From assembly GCA_964016885.1 (NCBI GenBank), contig OZ024745.1, positions 25,358,001 to 25,422,000 on the forward strand: a stretch of DNA of 64,000 nucleotides, written 5' to 3'. Shown in pieces: positions 26,630-39,828 of the stretch. The stretch's first letter is position 1. The number at the start of each line of letters is the position of its first letter. The notes below the pieces were generated by a model. That model saw nothing but the letters and a program-made list of their open reading frames with translations. It searched no databases and was not told the origin of the DNA. This DNA is from Eledone cirrhosa. Its lineage: Eukaryota. A program made the translations under genes and the position numbers.

Positions 26630-26949
26630 GAAGTATTTCCGTAGAAAGGGTAAAGGAAGGGAGAGTGCTCTATGTATGCTACAAAGCTATTTAATTATGT
26701 AATAAACAACACAAAACAATTATTCCATTTACCAAAGGTTTCACGAAGACAGGCAAGCCATTTATCGCTCGTATACAGGAAACTGACTGGCCAGTCTGCA
26801 AATATGGCTGATCAGTGGATCTGCTAATATGCAGATCTGACTGATCAGCCAGTCTGCTAATATGCAAATCAGGCCGATCAGTCACTGTGTATTTTTGAAA
26901 ATAGCATATATTTTCACTAGCTCTGACAGTTTGGCAGTTGAACAGTGAG

Positions 26950-26993
26950 CTGTACTGATGAAGGGTGATACCCAGAAACATTAGTGTCTGCAG
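26950..26993 (+). ncRNA. Type I hammerhead ribozyme
   Basis: CTGTA-CTGATGA-a-GGG tgata CCC-a-GAAA-CA ttag TG-TC|TGCAG. Lies in element ~26890-27163, which ends in (TA)n. Second copy at 37729-37769. Confidence 0.8.
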
Positions 26994-27160
26994 TTCTGTT
27001 CACATGCCAACATAAGAGCAAGAATGAAGGGTTCATTCTACTAACATGGCTATAAAATTGAGGGTTGTTTGCATAATTGCAAACGAATCGAATGTTATTA
27101 TTAATATTCGAAAAACTCAGATTACATTTATTGTATTCAGCCATGTAGAGCGAAGATTTT

Positions 27161-27217
<57 letters not shown>

Positions 27218-27221
<4 letters not shown>

Positions 27222-27868
27222 ATGAGAAGAAAGAAGAATACTGCGTGGTTTGCACATGGGTTACATATGATAAAAATAGTCCTTCGTCAGTGATTTTCCA
27301 ACCATCATTGGTATTTCATCGTATTAAAAATCAGATACCTCAGGTTGGTGCGAGCAATAACTAAAACAAGTTATTGGGACCAGAATTCGCGTAAGGCGAG
27401 GGGGACAAGTAAACAACATAGAAGGATAAAAGCAAACCGAAGATAGGAAAATAAACAAGCAGCATGGTTGTCCGGTCAGCATAAGCTGGGTGGATTTCAT
27501 GAGCGAGAAGGGTACAGACCGTGTTGATGTGTGTGAGATGTGAGCAAGAAAAGACCCACACAAGCCAAACGGGAGGAAGTGAGAAGGGGAGAAACAGAGA
27601 GTGAGTGAGTGGAAGTGTGAGGAAAAGGTCAGTCGAGAGAAAGTGTAACTGACAGAGGGGGCGAAAGAAGGTGAGAGAAACAGAGAGAGTGGGAAAGCAG
27701 TAAGAGAGAAACAGACAAACGCAGCCGAGGTAAATATATATAAAAAACATGAGAAGAAAGAAGAATACTGCGTGGTTTGCACATGGGTTACATATGATAA
27801 AAATAGTTCTTCGTCAGTGATTTTCCAACCATCATTGGTATTTCATCGCATTAAAAATTAGATACCTC

Positions 27869-27872
<4 letters not shown>
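27218..27872 (-). mobile_element. 527-bp monomer with 128-bp terminal direct repeats (partial tandem, PLE/retrozyme-like)
   Basis: 27218-27345 is repeated at 27745-27872; (TA)n on both flanks. The same family forms a fold-back at 53420-53716. Confidence 0.7.
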
Positions 27873-27911
<39 letters not shown>

Positions 27912-27946
27912 TGTGAGAAAAACCACAGACCCTCCATCTCAACTCA

Positions 27947-27984
27947 CCTTTTGAAAAGCAGAAGAACTGCGAAACCGGTAAAGG
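27947..27984 (+). ncRNA. Type I hammerhead ribozyme, U3-A8 core variant
   Basis: Helix I CCTT/AAGG, core UUGAAAA, helix II GCAG/CTGC, GAAA, palindromic helix III ACCGGU, GUA cleavage triplet. Confidence 0.75.
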
Positions 27985-28115
27985 AACCAAATAAATATAT
28001 ATATTTTAAAAAAAAATAAGACTCCAGTTGCATTTTCGATTTCATCTCTTTTTCTTTATACTTTCACTCGTGTAGGACAACTCGGTTATTTTTCATTTTG
28101 TAAAAAAAACCTCAC

Positions 28116-28158
<43 letters not shown>

Positions 28159-28585
28159 CTGATTGGTTCGCAATCGGGAGGTTGTCAGTTCAATTCTTGG
28201 ACCGGGCGACGCGTTATGTCCTTGAGCAAGACACTTAATTTTACGTTGCCCCTTCTACCTTGCAACCGATAGATAGTATTAGCAATTGGAATGACCAACG
28301 GAAACATTGTTTCCTCGGTCCCATTTGACGAAAGTCGATCGACAAATTATTAAATATATATCTCTATATATATAGTGCAAAGTGAACAACAGCCTCAAAC
28401 AGTAAAAACAAACAGGGAGAAAACAGTCAAAGCAAAGAAGGAGAACACAGTACGCTGAATATTATTAGTGTAATTCATGTATGAAAAAGAATATAAATGA
28501 TGTTATGTTTTGGATTTCGTTCCTCAGTTAAGGGTCACACGCGTAGAGCTTTGCTAAATAACATTTAGTACCTTTGTCTTTCAGA

Positions 28586-28790
28586 GTTATACTCGAATAT
28601 AAGGCGATCCGAATATAAGTCGACCCTTATTTTATGTCTGAGAAATAGGCAAGAATGCAACCCCGTTTATAAGCCGAGGCAGCTAATCAACATATAATGT
28701 TTGCATGGCGAATATAAGCCAATCCCCACCCCCATTTTACCATCGATTTTTTTTGTTCACATATTCTTCGGCTTGTGTTCGAATATATCT
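28586..28790. mobile_element. Decayed Tc2/pogo-like MITE
   Basis: Repeated GAATATAAG(G/T/C)CG motifs, with inverted CGGCTTGTGTTCGAATATA at the right end. Confidence 0.5.
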
Positions 28791-29006
28791 TCGAATATTA
28801 CTTTTTGATTAAAAATGCACACCCACAAGCCAACCGGCGAACAGGTTTTATGCCCTAAACATCGTTTGTCAGAGTGGCACCAGTACAGTAGCTCCTACTG
28901 TTGGCTCCTCTCAGAGCAGCACATGAGAAGGCGGGGTTGACGTGTCTCAGAGAAACTATATATTATGCTACAGAATCGCACACTTTTAATACGCACCACA
29001 GCGTCC

Positions 29007-29095
<89 letters not shown>

Positions 29096-29100
29096 GCAGA

Positions 29101-29147
<47 letters not shown>

Positions 29148-30117
29148 GTTTATAGATATACGTTTATAGATATACATATTTACATATAGCTAGAATGAAT
29201 TGCGTGTGTGTGTATACATATAGAGAGTTATGCACACACACACATGTATATATGTATTCATAATGTGTGTATGTGTACTGTGTGTGTATTTATGTGAGAT
29301 TACGTGTGTATGACATATTCTGCATGTGTCAAACTAAAATTAGCCCATATTTCTGTTTGCCCTCTCACCATGTACAGTTTAAACTGAAATTCATACATGA
29401 ATGGGGAAGAAATATGAAATTTGAGTTAAGAACTGATCCAAACGCCTCATTTTTACGTATTTATTTTGTTGGGTATGTGAGGGTTAGGTTGGCAATGATA
29501 AATGCATTCAAGAAAACCTCCCCTGAACAAATGATGAATGTACACTTTTCAAAATATACATCAACACATCCAATAAATTCAATGACGAAACTGGGATAAA
29601 TGAACACTTATTTCCTCACCGCAACAGACGTAATAAACTGGAAAGGTGGTGTTGATTAGAATTTTATAAATATAAAGGTATATCTAAATGTATTTATATC
29701 CGTATTTAATTGACAGCTGAGAGCAAAGAGTACTCAATAGAGAAGTAGAGTTTAAATATTAACTTTAAGACTAAATAGTGAGCCTTGTTGCTCTGGAGTT
29801 TTGCCTGTTTATTACAGGGTCATCAGACAAGAACATTGTTTGATGTGATTAACAGGAAAAAACCCCAGAGAAATAAGACTCACTATATAACCTTAATAAA
29901 ATGAACACACACACACACACACACATACACACACGCATGCGAGACAAACCACAACAGAAACACAAACCCTCCATCTCAATTTTAATTTTGAAAATCACAA
30001 GAACTGTGAAACCGGTAAAGTAAATAAATGAATATTCTTAAAAGACTCATTTTCAATTTCTTTTCCTTATACTTTCATCCGTGTGGGACATCTCTTTTTT
30101 TTTAAAACCCTCATTTT

Positions 30118-30175
<58 letters not shown>

Positions 30176-30234
30176 ATATATTTATCCTTATCGAGCCCTC
30201 TTTGGATTTTAGTCTTCAAATTTATTATTATTAC

Positions 30235-30294
<60 letters not shown>

Positions 30295-30302
<8 letters not shown>

Positions 30303-30700
30303 TAAAAGGAATTCCAAGCTTGTCGGATTTACTCGTTTTATTTACAATCCTTTAAAATTTATAATGGAATTAGAATGAAATAGTATGGTAGAATATTAAA
30401 TGTTAAGTGTTAATTGAACAAGTACTTTCACGCTTTCGCAATCTTCAGGTTCATATTCTGTGGTGACAGTTGAAAATTGCAAACTTGACTGTCACCACAG
30501 AGTATGAACCTGAAGATTGCGAAAGCATGAAAGTACTTGTTCAATTAACACTTAACTTTTAATATTCTACCATACTATTTCATTCTAATACCATTATAAA
30601 TTTTAAAGGATTGTAAATAAAACGAGTAAATCAGAGAAAGTTGGAATTCCTTTTATTAATATAATCTTCTATACACAATCATACACACCAGTGTATATTT
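30295..30700 (+). mobile_element. HHR-bearing fold-back element
   Basis: ~175-bp inverted arms around a ~16-nt loop, ~40-bp tail, TA flanks. Confidence 0.85.
30505..30543 (+). ncRNA. Type I hammerhead ribozyme (mirror 30415-30453 minus)
   Basis: TGAAC-CTGAAGA-t-TGC gaaa GCA-t-GAAA-GTAC-TT|GTTCA, within fold-back 30295-30700. Confidence 0.75.
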
Positions 30701-31020
30701 ATCTATATATATAGGAAATGTATGACCTCGACGGCAGAAAGAGTATGACCCCCGACGGCAGAGCCCAAGCCGTTTCGACGGCTATTTCTGGACGGCTATT
30801 ATGTATATATATATATATATATATATATAACGAAGGAATTGTGGTAAGGAACCAGGTGGACCATAACGTACCAGAGTAATCAATAGTTAGGGTAGTAGAG
30901 TGGGTAATAGGAAAAAGTTTAATCCCGACGGCAGAGCTCAAGTCGTTTCGACGGCTATTTCTGGACTCCAGAAATAGCCGTCGAAACGGCTTGAGCTCTG
31001 CCGTCGGGGTTAAACTTTTT

Positions 31021-31070
<50 letters not shown>

Positions 31071-31084
31071 CATACATACATACA

Positions 31085-31166
<82 letters not shown>

Positions 31167-31221
31167 CATACATATATATATATGTATATATATATATATA
31201 TGTATATACATACATACATAC

Positions 31222-31351
<130 letters not shown>

Positions 31352-31359
31352 GTATATAC

Positions 31360-31426
<67 letters not shown>

Positions 31427-31583
31427 CTGCGTTGCCGAGATCGGGAAGACGAAAGGCGAGGGTAGTACTCGAGTACTGAAGTACTCTATGCATAGGAAGA
31501 AGTAGAGTGGGTGTAAAGAAAGGTTAAAACCCAAACGCGAAGCATACTGGTTTCGGTTTGTATTCGGCAATCCTTTTCAAGGG

Positions 31584-31642
<59 letters not shown>

Positions 31643-31645
<3 letters not shown>

Positions 31646-31968
31646 TTGTCCCCTGGTATTCGCGGGTGTTACGTTGCTAGAGCACCTGCGAAGAGTGAAA
31701 AATCGCGAATATTGGACGTGGTCCATAAAAATGCTTATAAACGTCAAAATATAACGTAAAATATAAAAAAAAAAAAAACGAGGGAGCGTTTTATGTGAAG
31801 GGGCTTCCAAATACCATATATTGTTATTAATAATTTTACGTTAAAAAAATATATATATTGCCATAAAAAAATCGTGGAAGATACTTACGATTCCGCGAAT
31901 ATACGGTGGTTTCCACGGACAATTATTAGTTAGGTTCTAAAGAAAATTCCGCGAATGCCGAGGGTAGA

Positions 31969-31971
<3 letters not shown>
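31643..31971. mobile_element. Tigger/pogo-type MITE
   Basis: Imperfect 23-bp TIRs CAGTTGTCCCCTGGTATTCGCGG / reverse complement CAGTCTACCCTCGGCATTCGCGG; repeated GCGAAT motifs; inserted in (TA)n. Confidence 0.75.
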
Positions 31972-32039
<68 letters not shown>

Positions 32040-32043
<4 letters not shown>

Positions 32044-32363
32044 AAAGAATAGAGGTGTAACACACAAGTTATTATATATTGTTAAACGGAATAGAAAATG
32101 CTGACAAATTGTTCACAGTGAAAAATAGTTTAATTAGGAATAAATGAGAATTAGTAATTGTATTGGTTAGTATTCAATTTTGGTAAGCAAACATCACGGA
32201 CGCTCTATCTCAAAATTATTTTTGAAAAGCATTTAGAAATGCGCAACCGGTAAAACTTAAAACCAAAACTGAATACTAACCAATACAATTACTAATTCTC
32301 ATTTATTCCTAATTAAACTATTTTTCACTGTGAACAATTTGTCAGCATTTTCTATTCCGTTTA

Positions 32364-32365
<2 letters not shown>
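32040..32365 (-). mobile_element. Fold-back element with decayed U3-A8 HHR
   Basis: ~100-bp arms (32083-32184 / 32262-32363). The spacer contains TTT-TTGAAAA-GCAT ttagaa ATGC-GCAA-CCGG-TA|AAA. Confidence 0.75.
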
Positions 32366-32423
<58 letters not shown>

Positions 32424-33050
32424 TTTGTGTATGTTTGGAGCAGATGTGGATCTCTGCCTTTCAAATTATTGTCTTCTTATGTCACTTTCTCGTCTATGTG
32501 CTGTTTATATCTCCATTTTCACCTTCCTATGCAGACGATGTTAATTCATTGTGTGGTGTAATCTTTGCTCAGATAGACCATGTTATTTCATTGTGTGGTG
32601 TAATCTTTTCTCAGTAGTGAGAGACAGTAAAGGCCTCGTTGCTCATTTATATGATGTCTCTTGTTATATATCTGTTTCATATATTTCCATTCAGTGAATG
32701 TTGCCAATGGATAAGGTTTCTTGTGAACATAATTGGAGAAAATGGCAAAGATTTCTTGGAAATCTCAAATAAATGTAAATTGTTTTTCAGTAAAAACAAA
32801 ACAAATCGAAAAAAAAAAAAGAAACTAATTATGGCTAAGTCAAATAAAGCTGTAGTCTATTTTTGTTTCATATATAATTCTTTCTTTCTTATTCGAGGTA
32901 TTTGAGTATATTTCTTTGTATTTGAAATATCATTTTCATCTTTAATGAATTCAAACATAAGCAACAGCAAATTAAATTTTCAGAGTCCAATCAATGAGTG
33001 TCTGTATATATGGGCCTCTCTCTCCCCTCTCGCCTCTCTCTCTCTCTCTC

Positions 33051-33693
<643 letters not shown>

Positions 33694-33891
33694 AACGAGT
33701 AGGACCCCGACGGCTGAGCTCAACCCGTTTCGACGGCTAATTCTGAACTAATTCTGGTCCAGAATTAGCCGTCGAAACGGCTTGAGTCAGCCGTCGAGGT
33801 CATACTCGTTCCTATTACCCACTCTACTACCCTAAGTATTGAGTACTTTGGTGCGTTATGGTCCATCTGGTTTCTTACCACATTTCCTTCG

Positions 33892-33931
<40 letters not shown>

Positions 33932-33933
<2 letters not shown>

Positions 33934-34332
33934 AGGGAATGTTGCTGTAGGTTCATCCGGGTGAGCACTCGATGTTTAGGTTCACTTCAGTGTCGAGGTG
34001 TAGAGCTAGACAGAGTGTATTATAGTGAAATAAAATAACAAGGACAATTGGTTACTCCTTCATTGCGTTTATTGGTTGGTGACGCGCGTTTCGCCATTGA
34101 TCGGCCCAAGGTTCGATCTGTATCGATCTAGCTCGACTCTGTAATCCGCAGCTCGTCAGACTCCTTACAATGGTAATAGAAAAATATAAGGGGTCTGACG
34201 AGCCGCGGATTACAGAGTCGGGCTAGATCGATACAGATCGAACCTTGAGCTGATCAGTAGCGAAACGCGCGTCACCAAACAATAAACGCAATGAAGGAGT
34301 AACCAATCGTCCTTGTTATTTTATTTTACTAT
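33932..34332 (-). mobile_element. HHR-bearing fold-back element
   Basis: Arms 34021-34167 / 34187-34332; tail 33932-34020 abuts (TA)n. Confidence 0.85.
34192..34276 (+). ncRNA. Type I hammerhead ribozyme with expanded loop II (mirror 34078-34162 minus)
   Basis: GGT-CTGACGA-GC..(~55 nt)..GC-GAAA-CGCGCG-TC|ACC, within fold-back 33932-34332. Confidence 0.7.
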
Positions 34333-34337
34333 ATTTT

Positions 34338-34556
34338 GGGGAACGATCGACTTTCGTCGAATCGGACCGAGGGAACAATGTTTCCGTTGGTCTTTCCAAT
34401 TGCTAATACTATCTATCGGTCGCAACTCCAGGTAGAAGGAGCAACGTGAAATAAAGTGTCTTGCTCAAGGACATAACGCATCGCCTGGTCCAGGAATCGA
34501 ACTCACAACCTTACGATTGCGAATCCAATTCTCTAACCACTCCGCCACACGCCTTC
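34338..34556 (-). mobile_element. tRNA-derived SINE, third family; copy at 28157-28345(+)
   Basis: Minus-strand head GGCGTGTGGCGGAGTGG..GAGTTCGATTCC, body TGTCCTTGAGCAAGACACTT, tail CTCGGTCCGATTCGACGAAAGTCGATCG. Confidence 0.75.
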
Positions 34557-34685
34557 ACATATATATATATATATATGCATACAGATATATATATAAATAC
34601 AGGGTGTCTCCAAAAATGTGTATACAATTCTAATAAATATGCGTATACATCTTGGGGACACACACACACACACACACACACACTA

Positions 34686-35311
<626 letters not shown>

Positions 35312-35313
35312 TG

Positions 35314-35368
<55 letters not shown>

Positions 35369-35936
35369 CGACAAACCACCATAACCTTCCATTAATTTTC
35401 GATATATTTATGACAGTTGGGGCTTCTATATGGCTGCTAAATATGTAAGGAACAGGAGTAAAATCACACCGCATTGTCTAAACCCTTTAGCATTTACATT
35501 ACTCTATATTTACTATTATTTTTCATGGTAAAGGCTTTATCTCACATAATTATCTCACATAGTATCGAATCTATGAGATTTTTATATTATTTATTTTGAG
35601 AACAATACTTTAACACAACTATGAGTGGTCAATTGCAGCCGGTTTGAACAGAAAGAGGTGAGAGAATTCTGGCCGGATATGGCCGGTTTATATGCGAAAG
35701 AGTTAAGGTATTATGAAATTATGTAAAAGTGAAATGGTTTGAAACTGGATTGGGGAATTGAAACCGGGGTATTTACTCACCAGGGGTAGGAGGTAAGAGG
35801 AGGGAGGGGGTGAAATGGATTTCCAAATTGTTGCGCAATGTTCACTGTATTACCAAAATAAACACTGAATCGTTGTGACAACACCAAAATAAATAAACAC
35901 TGGGAAACGACCCAGTCATCCTTCTTCTGTGTATGA

Positions 35937-36035
<99 letters not shown>

Positions 36036-36112
36036 CTTATATATATATATATATATATAAATATATATATATACATACACACACGCACACACACAATCAC
36101 ACACATATATAT

Positions 36113-36540
<428 letters not shown>

Positions 36541-36913
36541 CCCCCAAAATAAAAAGGATTGTATATAGTAATGCGCGTGTTCGTTTCTCCAGGAAAAAAA
36601 GTGCCTTAGTAGCGGTTAGCCACAGAAATCCCAACATCGAAATCCAAACCACTTTTCTCAACGCACCCTAACCACATCTAACCACAACACACCCTCCCTC
36701 TCTCTCTCGCTCTCTCTCTGCCATTCTCTCACTCTTTCTTCTTCTTCGTCCCTTCTCATTCTACTTTCTCTCGCTCCACATACACAGTCGCACACAAACG
36801 CATGTATAAGCATCTGTGTATATATATATTTACATACACACAAATATATCTATATATTTCTTCATTGTACTGCATCGTTTCCTTTGTTATTTCTGTTTAC
36901 TTTTTACATACAA

Positions 36914-36994
<81 letters not shown>

Positions 36995-37193
36995 CATCGG
37001 CGGACTGGGTCTAAAAATATTGGTTGCCCACAACAACAATACCGTCATTTAAATTTTGTATCGAATAAATAATTGTTTCTACTTTTGGCACAAGGCCAGC
37101 AATTATCCAGTACATTACTGGTACTTTATTTTATCGACCCCGTAAGGATGAAAGGCAAAGTTAATAATAGTAATAATGTGCTTCGGTCTTACA

Positions 37194-37282
<89 letters not shown>

Positions 37283-37981
37283 TTCAAATATTAACAAAAA
37301 TAGACATTCGTGTGATCAAGTTTATTTTATTATACATATTTCAAATAAAATATACTTGATCACACGAATGTCTATTTTTGTTAATATTTTGAATTAATAT
37401 TAATAACTCTGGAAAACCATACTTGTTGAGTGCTTCCAATCTATTGTAAAACTCGTTCTTTTATTTATTCATTGAACATTGTTTAACCTTTAAATATATA
37501 TATATATAAGAAATTTTCGCTCTACATGGCTGAATACAATAAATGTAATCTGAATTTTTCGAATATTAATAATAACATTCGATTCGTTTGCAATTATGCA
37601 AACAAGCCTCATTTTTAAAGCCATGTCAGTAGAATGAACCCTTCATTCTTGCTCTTTTGTTGGCATGTAAACAGAACTGCAGACACATATATTTTCACTA
37701 GCTCTGATAGTTGGCAGGTGAAAGTGAGCTGTACTGATGAAGGGTGATACCTAGAAACATTAGTGTCTGATTACATTTATATATATATATATATATATAC
37801 ATACATGATGATGATGATGGCTACAACTCGATCTCGAGTAATGCCATCGATGGATACTTAAGCATGAGCATCACGGACGTGGCTTTTTATTCCTGCTAGG
37901 GCCTTGCCTATGGCCAACAATGTCATGTATCGCAAAAAATGTCATATCAAGCGATGCGTATGGCTGTAACTTTTTTTTTGA

Positions 37982-38047
<66 letters not shown>

Positions 38048-39768
38048 CGACTCCAGCACCGTACTAATACTTTATTTATCGATCTTAAAAGGATGAAAGG
38101 CAAGGTTGACTTCTTTGTGATTTGAACTCAATCGGAACAAATACTGAAGTATTTTAAACCCGAGGTTCTAACGACTCTGACAATTCGGTGCCGCCCGATC
38201 AGGGTTGATCTCAGACCAAATAGCAACATGAAGTTCAATAGCCTCGACAATTACCACCACTAATACTAATAATACGTTTCTTGGCATTAACTCTATATTA
38301 CCACTGCTCTAACTATCGCATAATATTGTCAGCTAAATGCCCACACTACATAGCTACCACCACTTCATTACCATAACATCTCAACGACAGTATCAGCACC
38401 ATCACTACCTTTACCACTTCTATCACTACCACCATCATTACCATCACCACTGTTAGGACTACCATTATTATATCATCCCCATCACTAGATCCACCTCCCC
38501 ATCTAATGCTACCGCCAACACAGAATATCTCCATAAGAGACAACGGAGGCGTCATCTCCGTCGCTACGAAGACCAACTAAATTCAACTCTTAATAAGCTA
38601 ACGAAAGCTTAGTCGAATTAGTTTGAGACCTTTGCACAACAATGTTCTCACTGGCGTCAACCCACCATTAAAGGAAGCTCTGTCTTCAAAACCGAAATAG
38701 GGTGAGAAGAGGAGGAAAAAACGACAACAACGAAAAATTCCACATTAATCAGGTACGCCCTTTACTATAATCAAATATACCAGGATGATGGGTCGAAAAG
38801 TTCATAGGCTGACTATGGGGTGATGCCAGAGCTGTGAAATCTTGCATGCATTAATTTCAACTCTTCTTATTGAAAACCGCATTGTTTCTTTCCAGAGACT
38901 ATGTTGAAAAATAAAACTCATTTGGTCATTCCTTGAGAGTATTTTGGTCAGCTTGTTCAATCGCCCGTCCTACCATACTAGTCGATACATCGATCTCCAT
39001 CGCTCAATCGACCCTCTGAAACGATCGTAAAACAATGAACTAACCTACACTTGACTTTTTTTACTGTTCTATGTACAAACACATATATGTAAATGACTCT
39101 GTAACCCCGACAGATTTTCTTCGAGGATACCGTAGGCCGAGATCACCTACCACAAAAACTACCGGCCACACTGCCGAATCTCGCTGCAACCATCCTTCCA
39201 AGGACACATTGAGTTCTAACGACGTTATCAGCTCCACCACAACCAGGTAGATTACGATATATATATACATATATATATACATATATATATATATACATAT
39301 ATATTTCCCTGGATTTCACTAAATTCTGTTGGATAAATCTATATCCTGATTCTTTTTGAATTGAGTTGGAATTATTTTTCCCACATCTTACGTTAACTAT
39401 TTTCCCATTTTGACGTTATAGTCACTTATATATTATGGAATACTGTTGGCTTCTTGCTACAATACTTTCTATACCTTTCATTTATATATATATATATATA
39501 TATATATATGTAGATAAATCTACCAAGAGTTTACATATATAAATCTACCAAGAGTTTACATATATATCCTAGAAACGATCGTTAAATAATGAACTTTTTT
39601 TGTTTAATATAAGGAACTGTTTCATTGTTTTATTCATTATTTTTTTAATATTTTATATATATATATATATATATAGGAAAAGGTTTGACCCCGACGGCAG
39701 AGCTCAAGCCGTTTCGACCCTAAATATTGAGTATTTTGGTCCATCTGGTTCCTTACCACACCTCCTTC

Positions 39769-39825
<57 letters not shown>

Positions 39826-39828
<3 letters not shown>

